Below, piece by piece: positions 26,386 to 36,449 of a DNA stretch of 64,000 bases (position 1 is its first letter; every line of letters begins with the position of its first letter). This stretch comes from a virus. The stretch lies in the IMG/VR virus record IMGVR_UViG_3300047323_000675; one strand, given 5' to 3'. Made by a program: the position numbers and the translations under genes. Under the pieces are notes generated by a model, which did no database searches, was not told the origin of the DNA, and saw only the letters and a list, made by a program, of their open reading frames with translations.

Positions 26386-26790
26386 TTAAAGTTTTTTTTT
26401 AATCTTACTTTTTTTGCTTGCTAAAGTCTCTTTGAAGCTATCTTTTAATTCCCCATAATTATCAAAAACTTCTTTAATAGACTTATAATCGTTTATAACT
26501 TTAGCAAGGTCTTCAGAACATTTTAAATTCATATGTGCAATATGTTTAATAGGATGATTGCTTTCATCTTTAAAGCTTTTTTGGAGTTTCTTTAGTTCTT
26601 TAAAACTAATTTCCTTATCTGTCTTATCAAAGCCTTCTTCTCTAGAATAAATAATTTTAATATCTAATGCTGTTTCATCAAAATAAAGTGAATAAATATG
26701 TGTACTTCTATTGAATAACACAAATCCATATTTACTAAATAATTGATAATTTTTGGTTCTTGGTTGCATGATATTAATCTTTAAATTCAT
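26386..26790 (-). CDS. Hypothetical protein, intact paralog of 26797..27180
   Basis: LDIKII..EEGF and FDNYG.LKDSFK shared; ends KSKIKKKL. Confidence 0.8.
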   Translation of the reverse strand: MNLKINIMQPRTKNYQLFSKYGFVLFNRSTHIYSLYFDETALDIKIIYSREEGFDKTDKEISFKELKKLQKSFKDESNHPIKHIAHMNLKCSEDLAKVINDYKSIKEVFDNYGELKDSFKETLASKKSKIKKKL

Positions 26791-26796
26791 TAATAA

Positions 26797-27180
26797 TTAA
26801 ATTTTATTTTTAACTTTGTTTTTCTTGCTTGCCACAATATCTTTAAAACTATCTTTTAAATCCCCGTAATTATCAAATATTGTTTTTATATCACTATAAT
26901 GTGTAATAGCTTTTTCTAATGTATCAGAAAACATTTTCTCCATATTAGAATGATTGCCATTCTGGCTACTGATAGAATTTTGAAATCTTCTATTAAATTC
27001 ATTTAACTCTTCAATGCTCATTTCCTTTGTTTGTTTTTTTTATACTGAGAAACCCTCTTCTTTTGTATGAATTATCTTAATATCTAAATCGGGTTCATTG
27101 TAATAAATTGAAAAGATATATTTAATTCCAAAAAAAGAAGCTTCATTTTGACTATATAATTGGTAATTTTCTAAGTTCAT
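26797..27180 (-). pseudogene. Paralog of 26386..26790 with in-frame TAA at 27040-27042
   Basis: MNLENYQLYS...LDIKIIHTKEEGFSV*KKQTKEMSIEE... in one frame; the ORF track has only the 3' part. Confidence 0.8.
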
Positions 27181-27698
27181 AATTTAGGCTTATCTTGTTT
27201 TACAGTATTTTCACTATTTAACTCATTATTTAACTCATTATTTACACTTCTTATTTTAAATAATTTTTCTACATATTCTGCCATATCATGATGAGGTGTA
27301 TTTTTAGATTCATTAAGAAAATTGTCTATATCTTTAGTGCGATTGATTTTGCAATCAAATATAAGGAACTCTAATATATCATTATAATTTCCTGCATTAT
27401 AATTTCTTAAAAAAGTTACTATAAAAGCTGAATCATTACCAACATGTATATCTGCATGTTCTGTTAGTTCATCTGATGTTAATAAATACTTAGCCAATGC
27501 TAAATCTTTGTCAATTAATGCATTTCTTAATGGAAGCCCTTTTTCACCATGAGCTTGTGTATTAATATCAGCATGTTTTGATAATTCTGGACTAGTTAAT
27601 AAATATTTAACCAATGCCATATCTTTTGATTTGCATGCTTTAATTAAGCATTCATCTAAATCATATTGATCTAAATTTTGATATTTTTCTTTGTTCAT
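27177..27698 (-). CDS. 35-aa ankyrin-repeat family protein
   Basis: ACKSKDMALVKYLLTSPELSKHADI; tail KQDKPKL; close paralog of 30110. Confidence 0.85.
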   Translation of the reverse strand: MNKEKYQNLDQYDLDECLIKACKSKDMALVKYLLTSPELSKHADINTQAHGEKGLPLRNALIDKDLALAKYLLTSDELTEHADIHVGNDSAFIVTFLRNYNAGNYNDILEFLIFDCKINRTKDIDNFLNESKNTPHHDMAEYVEKLFKIRSVNNELNNELNSENTVKQDKPKL

Positions 27699-27718
27699 AT
27701 ATTTAATCCTTATATTTT

Positions 27719-28234
27719 TTATAATTTATGTTTTCGTTGTTGTTCTTTTATATCTAAAGAATCACTTAATTCTTTATTTAAGTCTCGCAAATCAAACCAA
27801 TGTTTTATTTTTTTTATTAATACATCATAGTCACTACCATGCTTATGATGATTTTTATAATTTTCAATCCAATCAATTTTGTTTATTTTTAAATCAAATA
27901 TAAAATATTTTATTATATTTTCAGAAAAATTATTATATGCATAACCAAAAAAATTATTGCGTCCACTAAATGCATCAAATGGTTTTTCTATATCAGCTTG
28001 TATATTAATTTCTTTATTTAAGTTTAATAGTAATTTAAGGGCATCTACCTGATCAAATATGCAAGTGAAATCAATTAAATTATTTGTAATACTAGGATGA
28101 TAAATTAACTGTGGTGAAGTTAATAAGTATTTTATAGTATCAATTTCACCATGTTTACATGCATCAATAATTACATCATCTAATTTTTGATTAGACATAT
28201 CTTTAAATTTCAGATGTAATTTTACATTTTCCAT
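27719..28234 (-). CDS. 35-aa ankyrin-repeat family protein
   Basis: ACKHGEIDTIKYLLTSPQL; tail QRKHKL. Confidence 0.85.
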   Translation of the reverse strand: MENVKLHLKFKDMSNQKLDDVIIDACKHGEIDTIKYLLTSPQLIYHPSITNNLIDFTCIFDQVDALKLLLNLNKEINIQADIEKPFDAFSGRNNFFGYAYNNFSENIIKYFIFDLKINKIDWIENYKNHHKHGSDYDVLIKKIKHWFDLRDLNKELSDSLDIKEQQRKHKL

Positions 28235-28252
28235 ATTGTTAAAATTTAATTT

Positions 28253-28858
28253 TTATAATTTAGGCTTTTTTTGTGATTCATTAATATCTAAGGATTCATT
28301 TAATTCCTTATTTAAGTCTCGTAAATTAAACCATGAAGTGATTTTTTCATCAGGGTGGTTTGTTAAAAATTCATTAATATTATTTGTTTTTTCAATATTG
28401 AGATCAAAAATCAAACAATTAACTATGTCGTATACTTTATATTGAGTGCAATAAATAAATGTTTCATCATTGTTGATATGAATATCAGGCTTGTTAATTA
28501 CTTCAGGAGAACCTAATAAATATTTAATTATTTCAACTCTATTGTTATCGTATGCTGAATATATGAATATATTATCAGGGTGTTGAGGGCAAGCATGTTC
28601 TTTTATTTCTGGAGAAGCTACTAAATATTTTACAATATCTAAATGGCCAAATTTACATGCATTTCGTAAAGGCTCATCCTCATCTGCATGAATGTCAGCA
28701 TGAAGTTTAAGTTCGGGAGAAGTCAAGCAAAATTTAACCACATCTAATTCATTATTAATACAAGCTAGAATTAGAGCATGGTTAATAGAATGTTGGTTAT
28801 TAAAGTTAATGCCTCTTTTCTTTAACTTTTGTATTAGTAAATCTGATTCATCGGACAT
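28253..28858 (-). CDS. 35-aa ankyrin-repeat family protein
   Basis: ACKFGHLDIVKYLVASPEIKEH; tail QKKPKL. Confidence 0.85.
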   Translation of the reverse strand: MSDESDLLIQKLKKRGINFNNQHSINHALILACINNELDVVKFCLTSPELKLHADIHADEDEPLRNACKFGHLDIVKYLVASPEIKEHACPQHPDNIFIYSAYDNNRVEIIKYLLGSPEVINKPDIHINNDETFIYCTQYKVYDIVNCLIFDLNIEKTNNINEFLTNHPDEKITSWFNLRDLNKELNESLDINESQKKPKL

Positions 28859-28916
28859 AATTATCTCTTAGGAATAGTTATAATTATAATACAAAAAGAT
28901 GGTTAATCAATTTTAA

Positions 28917-29399
28917 TTATAATTTAGGTTTTTTTTGTTGACTATTATTGGTATCTAAATTTTGGATTAATTCTTGATTCAAGTCTCTCAATTCAAACCA
29001 GGAAATAGGTAGTTTATCAGGGTGATTTTTAAAGTAATTATTTACAATTTCAGTTCTTTCAATCTTTAAATCAAAAATAAGAAATTTCAATATCTCCATA
29101 TTCCCATTTGTTATGATGTCACTAAATATATGATTAATATTAGAGTTAATATCAGGATTTTCTTTTAATTCAGATGAAGTAAGCAAAAATTTCATAACAT
29201 TTAAGTGGCCACGACTAGATGCAACTCTTAATGCATAATGTAGATTATTAAGACTATTTAAATGTTTTGACAGTTCATCATTTGTTAATAGATATTTAAC
29301 TAAATCAAAATTACCATTTCTACAAGCAATATCTAAAGACTTTTTAAGATCTTTAGGATTATCATAATGATGTGTTCTGTATATTTCATTAATGGGCAT
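28917..29399 (-). CDS. 35-aa ankyrin-repeat family protein
   Basis: ACRNGNFDLVKYLL; tail QQKKPKL. Confidence 0.85.
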   Translation of the reverse strand: MPINEIYRTHHYDNPKDLKKSLDIACRNGNFDLVKYLLTNDELSKHLNSLNNLHYALRVASSRGHLNVMKFLLTSSELKENPDINSNINHIFSDIITNGNMEILKFLIFDLKIERTEIVNNYFKNHPDKLPISWFELRDLNQELIQNLDTNNSQQKKPKL

Positions 29400-29402
29400 A
29401 TT

Positions 29403-30113
29403 TTAAATTTTTATTTTATTCTGAGGTTGTTTTTGGTTATTTAGATTTAGATCATTATTTAAATTTTGAGCTAAATCGGTTCTGAGTTCTCTAGTTTTAA
29501 ACATAGATTGTACTTGCTGATTATTTGATTCTTTTAAATATTTATCAATCTGTTCAGTTTTTTTTATGAAACAATCAAATATTAAGTAATGAAGCATTTC
29601 ATTTTGTTCATGTACGCAAGCTTGGCGAAATGCGGCATCATCAGCCATATGAATATCAATTTTTTCTTTTAGTTCTTTTGAGTGAAGAAAGAAATCAACA
29701 ATATCTATATGTCCTCCTGAACAAGCAAAGGATAGTGCATTAATTTTATTATCAACTATTTTTGCATGATTTTGTATTTCATTTGATGTCATTAAGTATT
29801 TAACAATATCTAGGTATCCATGAAAAGCTGCAAATAGTATAGGTTCATCATTGTTAGCATGAATGTCCGCATATTGTTTTAAATCAGGAGATGATAGAAG
29901 ATATTTAACTATATCTAAATGTCCTTTTTGGCATGCAACTCTTAATGCTACACTTTTATTATGATTAATTTCTGCATTAACTTTTAATCTAGGTGATGTA
30001 AGTAAAAACTTAACAACATATAATTTTCCAATTTCACAAGCATTGGATAATGAATAATTTAAGTCATCAAGTGGAAAATCTTTAAATCCCTCGTATAATT
30101 CATCTTCGGTCAT
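29403..30113 (-). CDS. 35-aa ankyrin-repeat family protein
   Basis: ACQKGHLDIVKYLLSSPDLKQYADI; tail QNKIKI. Confidence 0.85.
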   Translation of the reverse strand: MTEDELYEGFKDFPLDDLNYSLSNACEIGKLYVVKFLLTSPRLKVNAEINHNKSVALRVACQKGHLDIVKYLLSSPDLKQYADIHANNDEPILFAAFHGYLDIVKYLMTSNEIQNHAKIVDNKINALSFACSGGHIDIVDFFLHSKELKEKIDIHMADDAAFRQACVHEQNEMLHYLIFDCFIKKTEQIDKYLKESNNQQVQSMFKTRELRTDLAQNLNNDLNLNNQKQPQNKIKI

Positions 30114-30637
30114 ATTTTTCTTTCTTTATGCTTATTCTCAGAAATAGTCATTTTTTTATCTAATTCATTATTTAATTCTTTATTTAATTCTTTATTTAAA
30201 CTTCTAGTCGTGAACATTTTCTCAACAAGTTTTTTCATCTCTATGTGATTGTGATTATTAGAAGGACTCAAAATAAAGTCTATATTTTTTGTTCGTTTTA
30301 TGTCGTAATCAAAAATAAGACATGTTAAAACATCAATTTGTTTTCTATAAAAAGCTGATCTAAAAATATCATCTGAAGCAACATGGATATCAGCATGTTC
30401 TTTTAACTCAGGCGAAGTTAATAAATAATTCGCTAATTCAAAATTTTTATAACAAAATGCTGTTCTTAACGGTTGTCCATTTTCACCATGACATAAGGTA
30501 TTAATATCAGCATGAATAGATAACTCGTTGCTAGTCAATAGGTATTTAACTAATTCAAAATCAGAATCTATACATGCATCAATTAAGTATTGGTCTAAAT
30601 CATATTGCAGTAAATTATTGTATTTTTCTTTATTCAT
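30110..30637 (-). CDS. 35-aa ankyrin-repeat family protein
   Basis: YLLTSPELKEHADIH; tail HKERKI. Confidence 0.85.
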   Translation of the reverse strand: MNKEKYNNLLQYDLDQYLIDACIDSDFELVKYLLTSNELSIHADINTLCHGENGQPLRTAFCYKNFELANYLLTSPELKEHADIHVASDDIFRSAFYRKQIDVLTCLIFDYDIKRTKNIDFILSPSNNHNHIEMKKLVEKMFTTRSLNKELNKELNNELDKKMTISENKHKERKI

Positions 30638-30648
30638 GTAGTTAATTT

Positions 30649-31359
30649 TTATAATTTAGGTTTCTTTGTGATTTCATTGTTATCAGGTAAAGAATTGTTT
30701 AGCTGCTTATTTAATTCTCTAAGTTCAAACATATTTTTAGCTTCATTTACTAAGTTTCCGTTAGGATCTTCTAAGTATTTATTAATATCATCAGTTCTAT
30801 CAATGTTAAGGTCATAAATTAAATATTGAAGCGTTTTCATATCGCCAAATTCACATGCTTTTATAAAAATAGAATCTTCATGAATATGTATATTTACGGG
30901 TTCTTTTAAATCTGGTGAATTAAGTAAATAATCAACAATATCTATATTCCCCATTTGAATTGCATATTCCAATGAATGTCTTTTGATATTAGAATGTTCT
31001 TTTAAATCAGGAGAGGTTAATAAATATCTTACAATTTCAAAGTGACCTTCATTACAAGCAATGTTTAGAGTCCAATCATTTTTTGAATGGATATCAGAAT
31101 GTTCTTTTAATTCAGGCGATGAAAGAAGATATTGAATTATGTGTAATTGATTATGTTCACAAGCTTGGTGAAGTGGTTTGTCTTCTTTATAGTGTATGTC
31201 AGCATTATGTCTTAACTCAGGTGATGTCAATAAAAATTTAACTTTATCCAAGTCACCATCTATACATGCATCGAGAAGTGATTCATTTATTTGTTTTTTG
31301 GTAAATTTATGGATTTTAGAGTAAAAGTCTGAATTTTTATGGTTCATATATATTCTCAA
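30649..31359 (-). CDS. 35-aa ankyrin-repeat family protein
   Basis: ACNEGHFEIVRYLLTSPDLKEH; tail TKKPKL. Confidence 0.85.
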   Translation of the reverse strand: MRIYMNHKNSDFYSKIHKFTKKQINESLLDACIDGDLDKVKFLLTSPELRHNADIHYKEDKPLHQACEHNQLHIIQYLLSSPELKEHSDIHSKNDWTLNIACNEGHFEIVRYLLTSPDLKEHSNIKRHSLEYAIQMGNIDIVDYLLNSPDLKEPVNIHIHEDSIFIKACEFGDMKTLQYLIYDLNIDRTDDINKYLEDPNGNLVNEAKNMFELRELNKQLNNSLPDNNEITKKPKL

Positions 31360-31372
31360 ATATTTTATAAGT

Positions 31373-31984
31373 TTATATTTTAACTTGTTTTTTACTTTTT
31401 TGGTTAGAAACTAAATTATTATCAAGATCTTTTTTTAATTCTACTTTATTAAAACAATTCTCTAAATCTTTAGAAGAGTATTGTGGATAATTAGATAATA
31501 GATGTGAGATATGATCATTTTTCCGTAGTTCAAACTCAGTAATTAAATATTTAAGTGACTTATGAGCACGAGCAAAAAATGCAGAGTGGAAAATATCTTG
31601 GAATTCTTTTTTTAAATTAATTTTACCTTTAAGTTTTGGATGGGTTAAGAGGAACTGAACAACATCTAGACTTTCTGTTGTGCATGCAGTTTGAATAGGA
31701 GTCCCATAGCTTGTATGTTTTGCATTAATATTAGCATGTTCTTGGAGTTTTGGCGATGTTGATAAAAATTTTACTGCGGTTAAATCGCCTTCACTGCATG
31801 CATTAAAAAGAGCAATATCTTTTTTAGTATGTATATCGGCTTTATAATGAAGTTTTTCAGAAGTTAATAAATATTCCATTAGTTCATAATCCCTATGAGC
31901 AAAGGCTTCTAAAAACTCTTTATTGATTTCTTTTTTATTTAAATACTCTAAATATTCAAATCTATTATATGGTCGTCTTGTCAT
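31373..31984 (-). CDS. 35-aa ankyrin-repeat family protein
   Basis: ACSEGDLTAVKFLSTSPKLQEHANI; tail KKQVKI. Confidence 0.85.
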   Translation of the reverse strand: MTRRPYNRFEYLEYLNKKEINKEFLEAFAHRDYELMEYLLTSEKLHYKADIHTKKDIALFNACSEGDLTAVKFLSTSPKLQEHANINAKHTSYGTPIQTACTTESLDVVQFLLTHPKLKGKINLKKEFQDIFHSAFFARAHKSLKYLITEFELRKNDHISHLLSNYPQYSSKDLENCFNKVELKKDLDNNLVSNQKSKKQVKI

Positions 31985-32001
31985 TTTTTACTTTTTTTTA
32001 T

Positions 32002-32859
32002 TTAAATTTTTAATCGTTTAGCACTTATCTTATCATCTTGAATAAGTAAATTATTAATTAACTGTTCAGCTAAATAGACTTGACTCAAAATTGGTTCTTT
32101 AGCTATTTTTTCTTCAACTTCAGGATAATTATATATCTTAAAATTGTGAATTAAATGTTTAGCTAATTTAAAAAGTGATTCCTTTTCGTCAGGAAGGCTT
32201 AGTGAACTAGTTTTAAATAAATCAAGAATATCAAATTCTTCATTAAGAGCTTTAACTAATAGTTTATCAAATAAATCTAACTTATCTAACATAAATACTG
32301 TGATTAAATCTTCAAATTTAGTTTTTGGATGATTTTTTAATTCGTGAGATAGAAAAAGATATTCTATTAAATCCATGTTAGGTTCAAAATTATATAATGC
32401 ATTTGTTAGTCCTGATTCTAGAACATCATGGGTTATGACAGCTTTGCCAAATTGTTTAGAAAGTATTCGATGATTGATGCCATTATCCTCACCTATAATA
32501 TGTTGATATTTTTTATCAAATTCAACTAAATACTTCACTACTTCTATATGGTTATATGTACAAGCTTTAATGAATCCTGAAGCCGTAGCAATGCCACGAA
32601 GATAGTTGTTTTCATGATTAAAACTAGATTTTTTTAAAGCACTTTTTACAAAATTAAAATTTCCTACTTGGCATATTTTAGTAAATATTGAGCTATAGTT
32701 TTTATATTGTATATGTGTAGGATGATAATGGTCATAAAAAAGGTAAAATGGTGTTAATTCATTATTTAACAGTTTATCAAATTCAGCAATATTATTGTAA
32801 CTCAATAATTCTATAACTTTATCTTTTAAATTCTCAAGTTTTTTATCATCTATATCCAT
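32002..32859 (-). CDS. Divergent ankyrin-like protein
   Basis: ACTYNHIEVVKYLV; tail SAKRLKI. Confidence 0.7.
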   Translation of the reverse strand: MDIDDKKLENLKDKVIELLSYNNIAEFDKLLNNELTPFYLFYDHYHPTHIQYKNYSSIFTKICQVGNFNFVKSALKKSSFNHENNYLRGIATASGFIKACTYNHIEVVKYLVEFDKKYQHIIGEDNGINHRILSKQFGKAVITHDVLESGLTNALYNFEPNMDLIEYLFLSHELKNHPKTKFEDLITVFMLDKLDLFDKLLVKALNEEFDILDLFKTSSLSLPDEKESLFKLAKHLIHNFKIYNYPEVEEKIAKEPILSQVYLAEQLINNLLIQDDKISAKRLKI

Positions 32860-32876
32860 ATTTATATCTGTTCTTT

Positions 32877-33050
32877 TTATTTAGTTTTTTTATGTAAAAG
32901 ATTGGGTGAAAGTTTCTCACTTATTTTAGGTGATACCATGCCCTTCACAGCATCTAAATTGCCAGCCATACATTGTGAAATAAATTTGTTGCTTAGAGAC
33001 TCACTAATACTATTGGCATTTATATTCTTACCTTTTATTTTAATTATACT
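32877..33050 (-). pseudogene. Truncated ankyrin-family relic
   Basis: Open frame without ATG: ...LSNKFISQCMAGNLDAVKGMVSPKISEKLSPNLLHKKTK*, resembling the family N-terminal repeat. Confidence 0.45.
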
Positions 33051-33073
33051 AGAAATATTTATTTAATAACAGT

Positions 33074-33706
33074 TTATAGCTTTATTCTTTTAGTATCATT
33101 TTTATTCATAATTGGCTGACTATCAATTTCAGCCTTCAATCGCCTATATTCAAATAGTGTTTTTATATCTTTATCCCTTAAGATAATTCTTCTAATTTCT
33201 CTAGTAGGTTTAATTTTTACATTTAAGATAAGGTATTCGACCATATTTTTTTGATTATTTTCATAAGCTGCAAAAAATGCATTTTCTTGTGAGTTAAAAA
33301 AATCAATAGGCTTTTCTAATTCAGGAGATGCTAAAAAATATTTAACGATATCTATATGACCATTTTTACAGGCTACTAAAAACCCTGCTTTAATGGTTTT
33401 ACTCAACTGAATTGATTCAGGAGATGTTAATAAATATTGAACAATACCAAGATATCCTTTATTACAGGCATATATTAAATCTATGTGGGCATGATTTACC
33501 AATTCAGGAGATTTAGTTAAATATTTAATCATTATTGGATCATGCTGTGAAGCTATAAGTCCCTTATTTAAAAATTTATCATTATGTTTATGGTATTTAT
33601 TGACCATATATTTAATTGTAGAGAAATCACTATTTTTACAAGCTTCCAAGAATTTTTCTAATACTTTATCTGTATAATTGGCGAATATTTCGTTTAGTTT
33701 ATCCAT
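33074..33706 (-). CDS. 35-aa ankyrin-repeat family protein
   Basis: ACKNGHIDIVKYFLASPEL; tail TKRIKL. Confidence 0.85.
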   Translation of the reverse strand: MDKLNEIFANYTDKVLEKFLEACKNSDFSTIKYMVNKYHKHNDKFLNKGLIASQHDPIMIKYLTKSPELVNHAHIDLIYACNKGYLGIVQYLLTSPESIQLSKTIKAGFLVACKNGHIDIVKYFLASPELEKPIDFFNSQENAFFAAYENNQKNMVEYLILNVKIKPTREIRRIILRDKDIKTLFEYRRLKAEIDSQPIMNKNDTKRIKL

Positions 33707-33711
33707 ATTTA

Positions 33712-34566
33712 TTATAACTTCATTCTTTTAGGTGTTTTGGCAATTGAATTATCTTGATTACCATCTTTTAAATGTTCTCTTAAATCTCGCACATCAAAAA
33801 TTTTTTTAATAATATTTTTATATGCAATTTCATCTTTAGTGCTTAAATATTTTTGATTGGAATTATTTAAAAAATTTTCAATGATGGTAGTTTTAGGAAT
33901 ATTTAAATCTAAAATAAAATATTCAATAATTCCTTGAATCATATTTAAGTCAGAATATGGCTTTGTAGCTGCTAGTCCTAATTTAAATATCATTGATATT
34001 GTAAGATGATTGGGATCTCTATCTCTAACACTAAGTGCATTCATATAATCATTACAAACAGATAAAAATGCTTCATCACTTTCTAAATATAATTTAGTAT
34101 GTTTTTTAAGTTCAAGAGCAGATGTGCAAAACTTGATTAGATCAAAATTAAGAGTATTACATGCTAATATAAATACTTTATTTACAAATATATCTGCATG
34201 ATTTTCTAATTTAGGTGATGAAAGTAAAAATTTAATTATATTATTTTTTCTATTGATACATGTATCTCTAACCCAAAAATCACTTTCAATATGTATATTG
34301 TGGAAGGATTTCTTTGTATTAGGTGATGTTAATAAATATTCGACAATATTTAAATGACCTTTTTCGCAGGCATTTTCAAAAGCTAATTTTAAAACAGGTT
34401 TAATTAAAGATGTAATTTTTATTCTTTTAACATTTAATAAGTTATCTAAAGCTTTTAAATTACCTCGTTTACAAATTTCAGTTAAACTATTGAGATCATC
34501 TTCATTAAATTTTGGTTTTAAAAATCCTTTAAATATTTGTTTAAATTTTTCCATATCCATAATCAT
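33712..34566 (-). CDS. 35-aa ankyrin-repeat family protein, close paralog of 40543
   Basis: MEKFKQIFK N-terminus; ACEKGHLNIVEYLLTSP; tail PKRMKL. Confidence 0.85.
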   Translation of the reverse strand: MIMDMEKFKQIFKGFLKPKFNEDDLNSLTEICKRGNLKALDNLLNVKRIKITSLIKPVLKLAFENACEKGHLNIVEYLLTSPNTKKSFHNIHIESDFWVRDTCINRKNNIIKFLLSSPKLENHADIFVNKVFILACNTLNFDLIKFCTSALELKKHTKLYLESDEAFLSVCNDYMNALSVRDRDPNHLTISMIFKLGLAATKPYSDLNMIQGIIEYFILDLNIPKTTIIENFLNNSNQKYLSTKDEIAYKNIIKKIFDVRDLREHLKDGNQDNSIAKTPKRMKL

Positions 34567-34853
34567 AATTTAGGTTTTTTATTTTGCTTATCAACTTCGA
34601 AATTATTTAATTTATTATTTAATTCCGCATTCAAATCTCGCATTTCAAACAATTTTTCTATTGCAGGATTAGGGTAGGTTTTTAATAATTTTTCAATGTT
34701 TTTATTTTTTTCTATTTTAGCTTCAAGAATATAATATTTAATAACATCAAATTTTTTAGCATCTAATAAGTAATGAAATATGAGATTATTGTCTTCATGA
34801 AAATCAGGATGTTTATCCTGATCAATATAAATAGGTATTATGTTTTTTTTCAT
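34563..34853 (-). CDS. Ankyrin-family C-cap plus tail only
   Basis: VIKYYILEAKIEK..IEKLFEMRDLNAEL..NKKPKL. Confidence 0.7.
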   Translation of the reverse strand: MKKNIIPIYIDQDKHPDFHEDNNLIFHYLLDAKKFDVIKYYILEAKIEKNKNIEKLLKTYPNPAIEKLFEMRDLNAELNNKLNNFEVDKQNKKPKL

Positions 34854-34912
34854 ATGATTAATTTGTTCTTACTATTTATTTTATCAGATAGTAATTATTG
34901 TTTCAAATTTAA

Positions 34913-35629
34913 TCATATTTTAGTTTTCTTATTGTTTGGTGCATTAGTAAGTAATTCTTGATGTAATTTTTTATTTAACGCTTGTTTTTCAAAAATACTA
35001 TTTACAGTTTGTATTTGTACAGAAATATCAGGATTAGTGGATGTAGAACTTTGTTCTTCTAGGAATTTAGAAATATGTTCATTTTTAGGTATTTCTCTAT
35101 AGGTAACTAAGAATTCTATAAAACTCACATGTTGATGAATAAATAAATTAAAAAAAATATCATTTTCATAATTAAAAAGAAACATATTAGGTAAGTTTTC
35201 TTGAAAGTAATCTACAAGATAAGTAAATATTTCTAATTCATCAGACTCTGCTGCTATAATTATCATTTGCAAGCTATTTTCATAATCAATTTGTTTTAAT
35301 GAAGGATGATTTAAGAAATATTTTAATATATCTAAATATCCATATCTAATCGAATTAACAATTGCTTCATAATCATTATTTTCAATAATAGCATGTTGCT
35401 TCAATTTGGGACTATCTAACATAAATTTTATGACCTCTAAATTACCAAAGCCAGCAGCTAATTCTAAACCAACACCATTGCAAGTATTAATATCAACATT
35501 CTCTTTTAAATTATTACTAGTAAGAAGATATTCAATATCTTCTATACTTTCAGTTTGGCAAATATCAATGAAAATATTTTCTAAATTATCCAAAGTTTGT
35601 TGGTTATAGTATTCAGGTGAATGTATCAT
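34913..35629 (-). CDS. 35-aa ankyrin-repeat family protein
   Basis: AAGFGNLEVIKFMLDSPKLKQH; tail NKKTKI. Confidence 0.85.
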   Translation of the reverse strand: MIHSPEYYNQQTLDNLENIFIDICQTESIEDIEYLLTSNNLKENVDINTCNGVGLELAAGFGNLEVIKFMLDSPKLKQHAIIENNDYEAIVNSIRYGYLDILKYFLNHPSLKQIDYENSLQMIIIAAESDELEIFTYLVDYFQENLPNMFLFNYENDIFFNLFIHQHVSFIEFLVTYREIPKNEHISKFLEEQSSTSTNPDISVQIQTVNSIFEKQALNKKLHQELLTNAPNNKKTKI

Positions 35630-35636
35630 TATTATA

Positions 35637-36449
35637 TTAAACTTTATTTCTTCTATTAGGATTATTATTAATCATTAAATTTTGGTTTAGTTCATTATTA
35701 ACATCACTAAGCTCAAACCATTGTTCAATTTGAGGATTTGGATCATTAGCTAATATACTTTCAATATTTTTATTTTTAATTAATCCTTTTTCAAAAATTA
35801 AATATTTGATAATATCTAAAGTATTATTTGAACTAAATGCAGCAAAAAATATCATTTCATCATCCGAATAAATTGGAAGATTAGGAAATTTAGAATAAAA
35901 TTTTTCAATAACTTCAATATTGCCTATTCTTAGTGCATTAATAAATGCAGTTTCAGGATTTGAATGAGTCTTTAACTCCAAAGAATATAAAAGATAATCA
36001 ATTAATTCTTTATAATCATTTTTAACAGCATTATATAATGTTTTATCAGCTTGGGCATTGATATCAGCATGTTGTTTTAATTCAGGTGAAGTTAATAAAT
36101 ACTTTACAATTTCTATATTTCCTTTTGATGCGGCAAAAATCAAAGCATCATTATCATGAACGCTAACGGGAACATTCGTGGTTAAGCTAGAATCAGTTAA
36201 TAGATATCTAACAATATTTAGATGGTTAGATATACATGCATTGATTAGACCAGTTGTTAAGTGTGGATGAATTAAATGTTTATGATGAGTAGATTGAGTT
36301 AAATATCTAACTGTATCCATATCATTTTCACTACAAGCTAAAGCAAAAATAGAAAATAATTGAAATTTATCTTGTATATTTCCGAATTTTTTTTCCAAAT
36401 CATCCATTTTCTCTTTTATTCTATAATATTGTTCTTTTACATTATTCAT
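35637..36449 (-). CDS. 35-aa ankyrin-repeat family protein
   Basis: AASKGNIEIVKYLLTSPELKQHADI; tail NRRNKV. Confidence 0.85.
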   Translation of the reverse strand: MNNVKEQYYRIKEKMDDLEKKFGNIQDKFQLFSIFALACSENDMDTVRYLTQSTHHKHLIHPHLTTGLINACISNHLNIVRYLLTDSSLTTNVPVSVHDNDALIFAASKGNIEIVKYLLTSPELKQHADINAQADKTLYNAVKNDYKELIDYLLYSLELKTHSNPETAFINALRIGNIEVIEKFYSKFPNLPIYSDDEMIFFAAFSSNNTLDIIKYLIFEKGLIKNKNIESILANDPNPQIEQWFELSDVNNELNQNLMINNNPNRRNKV

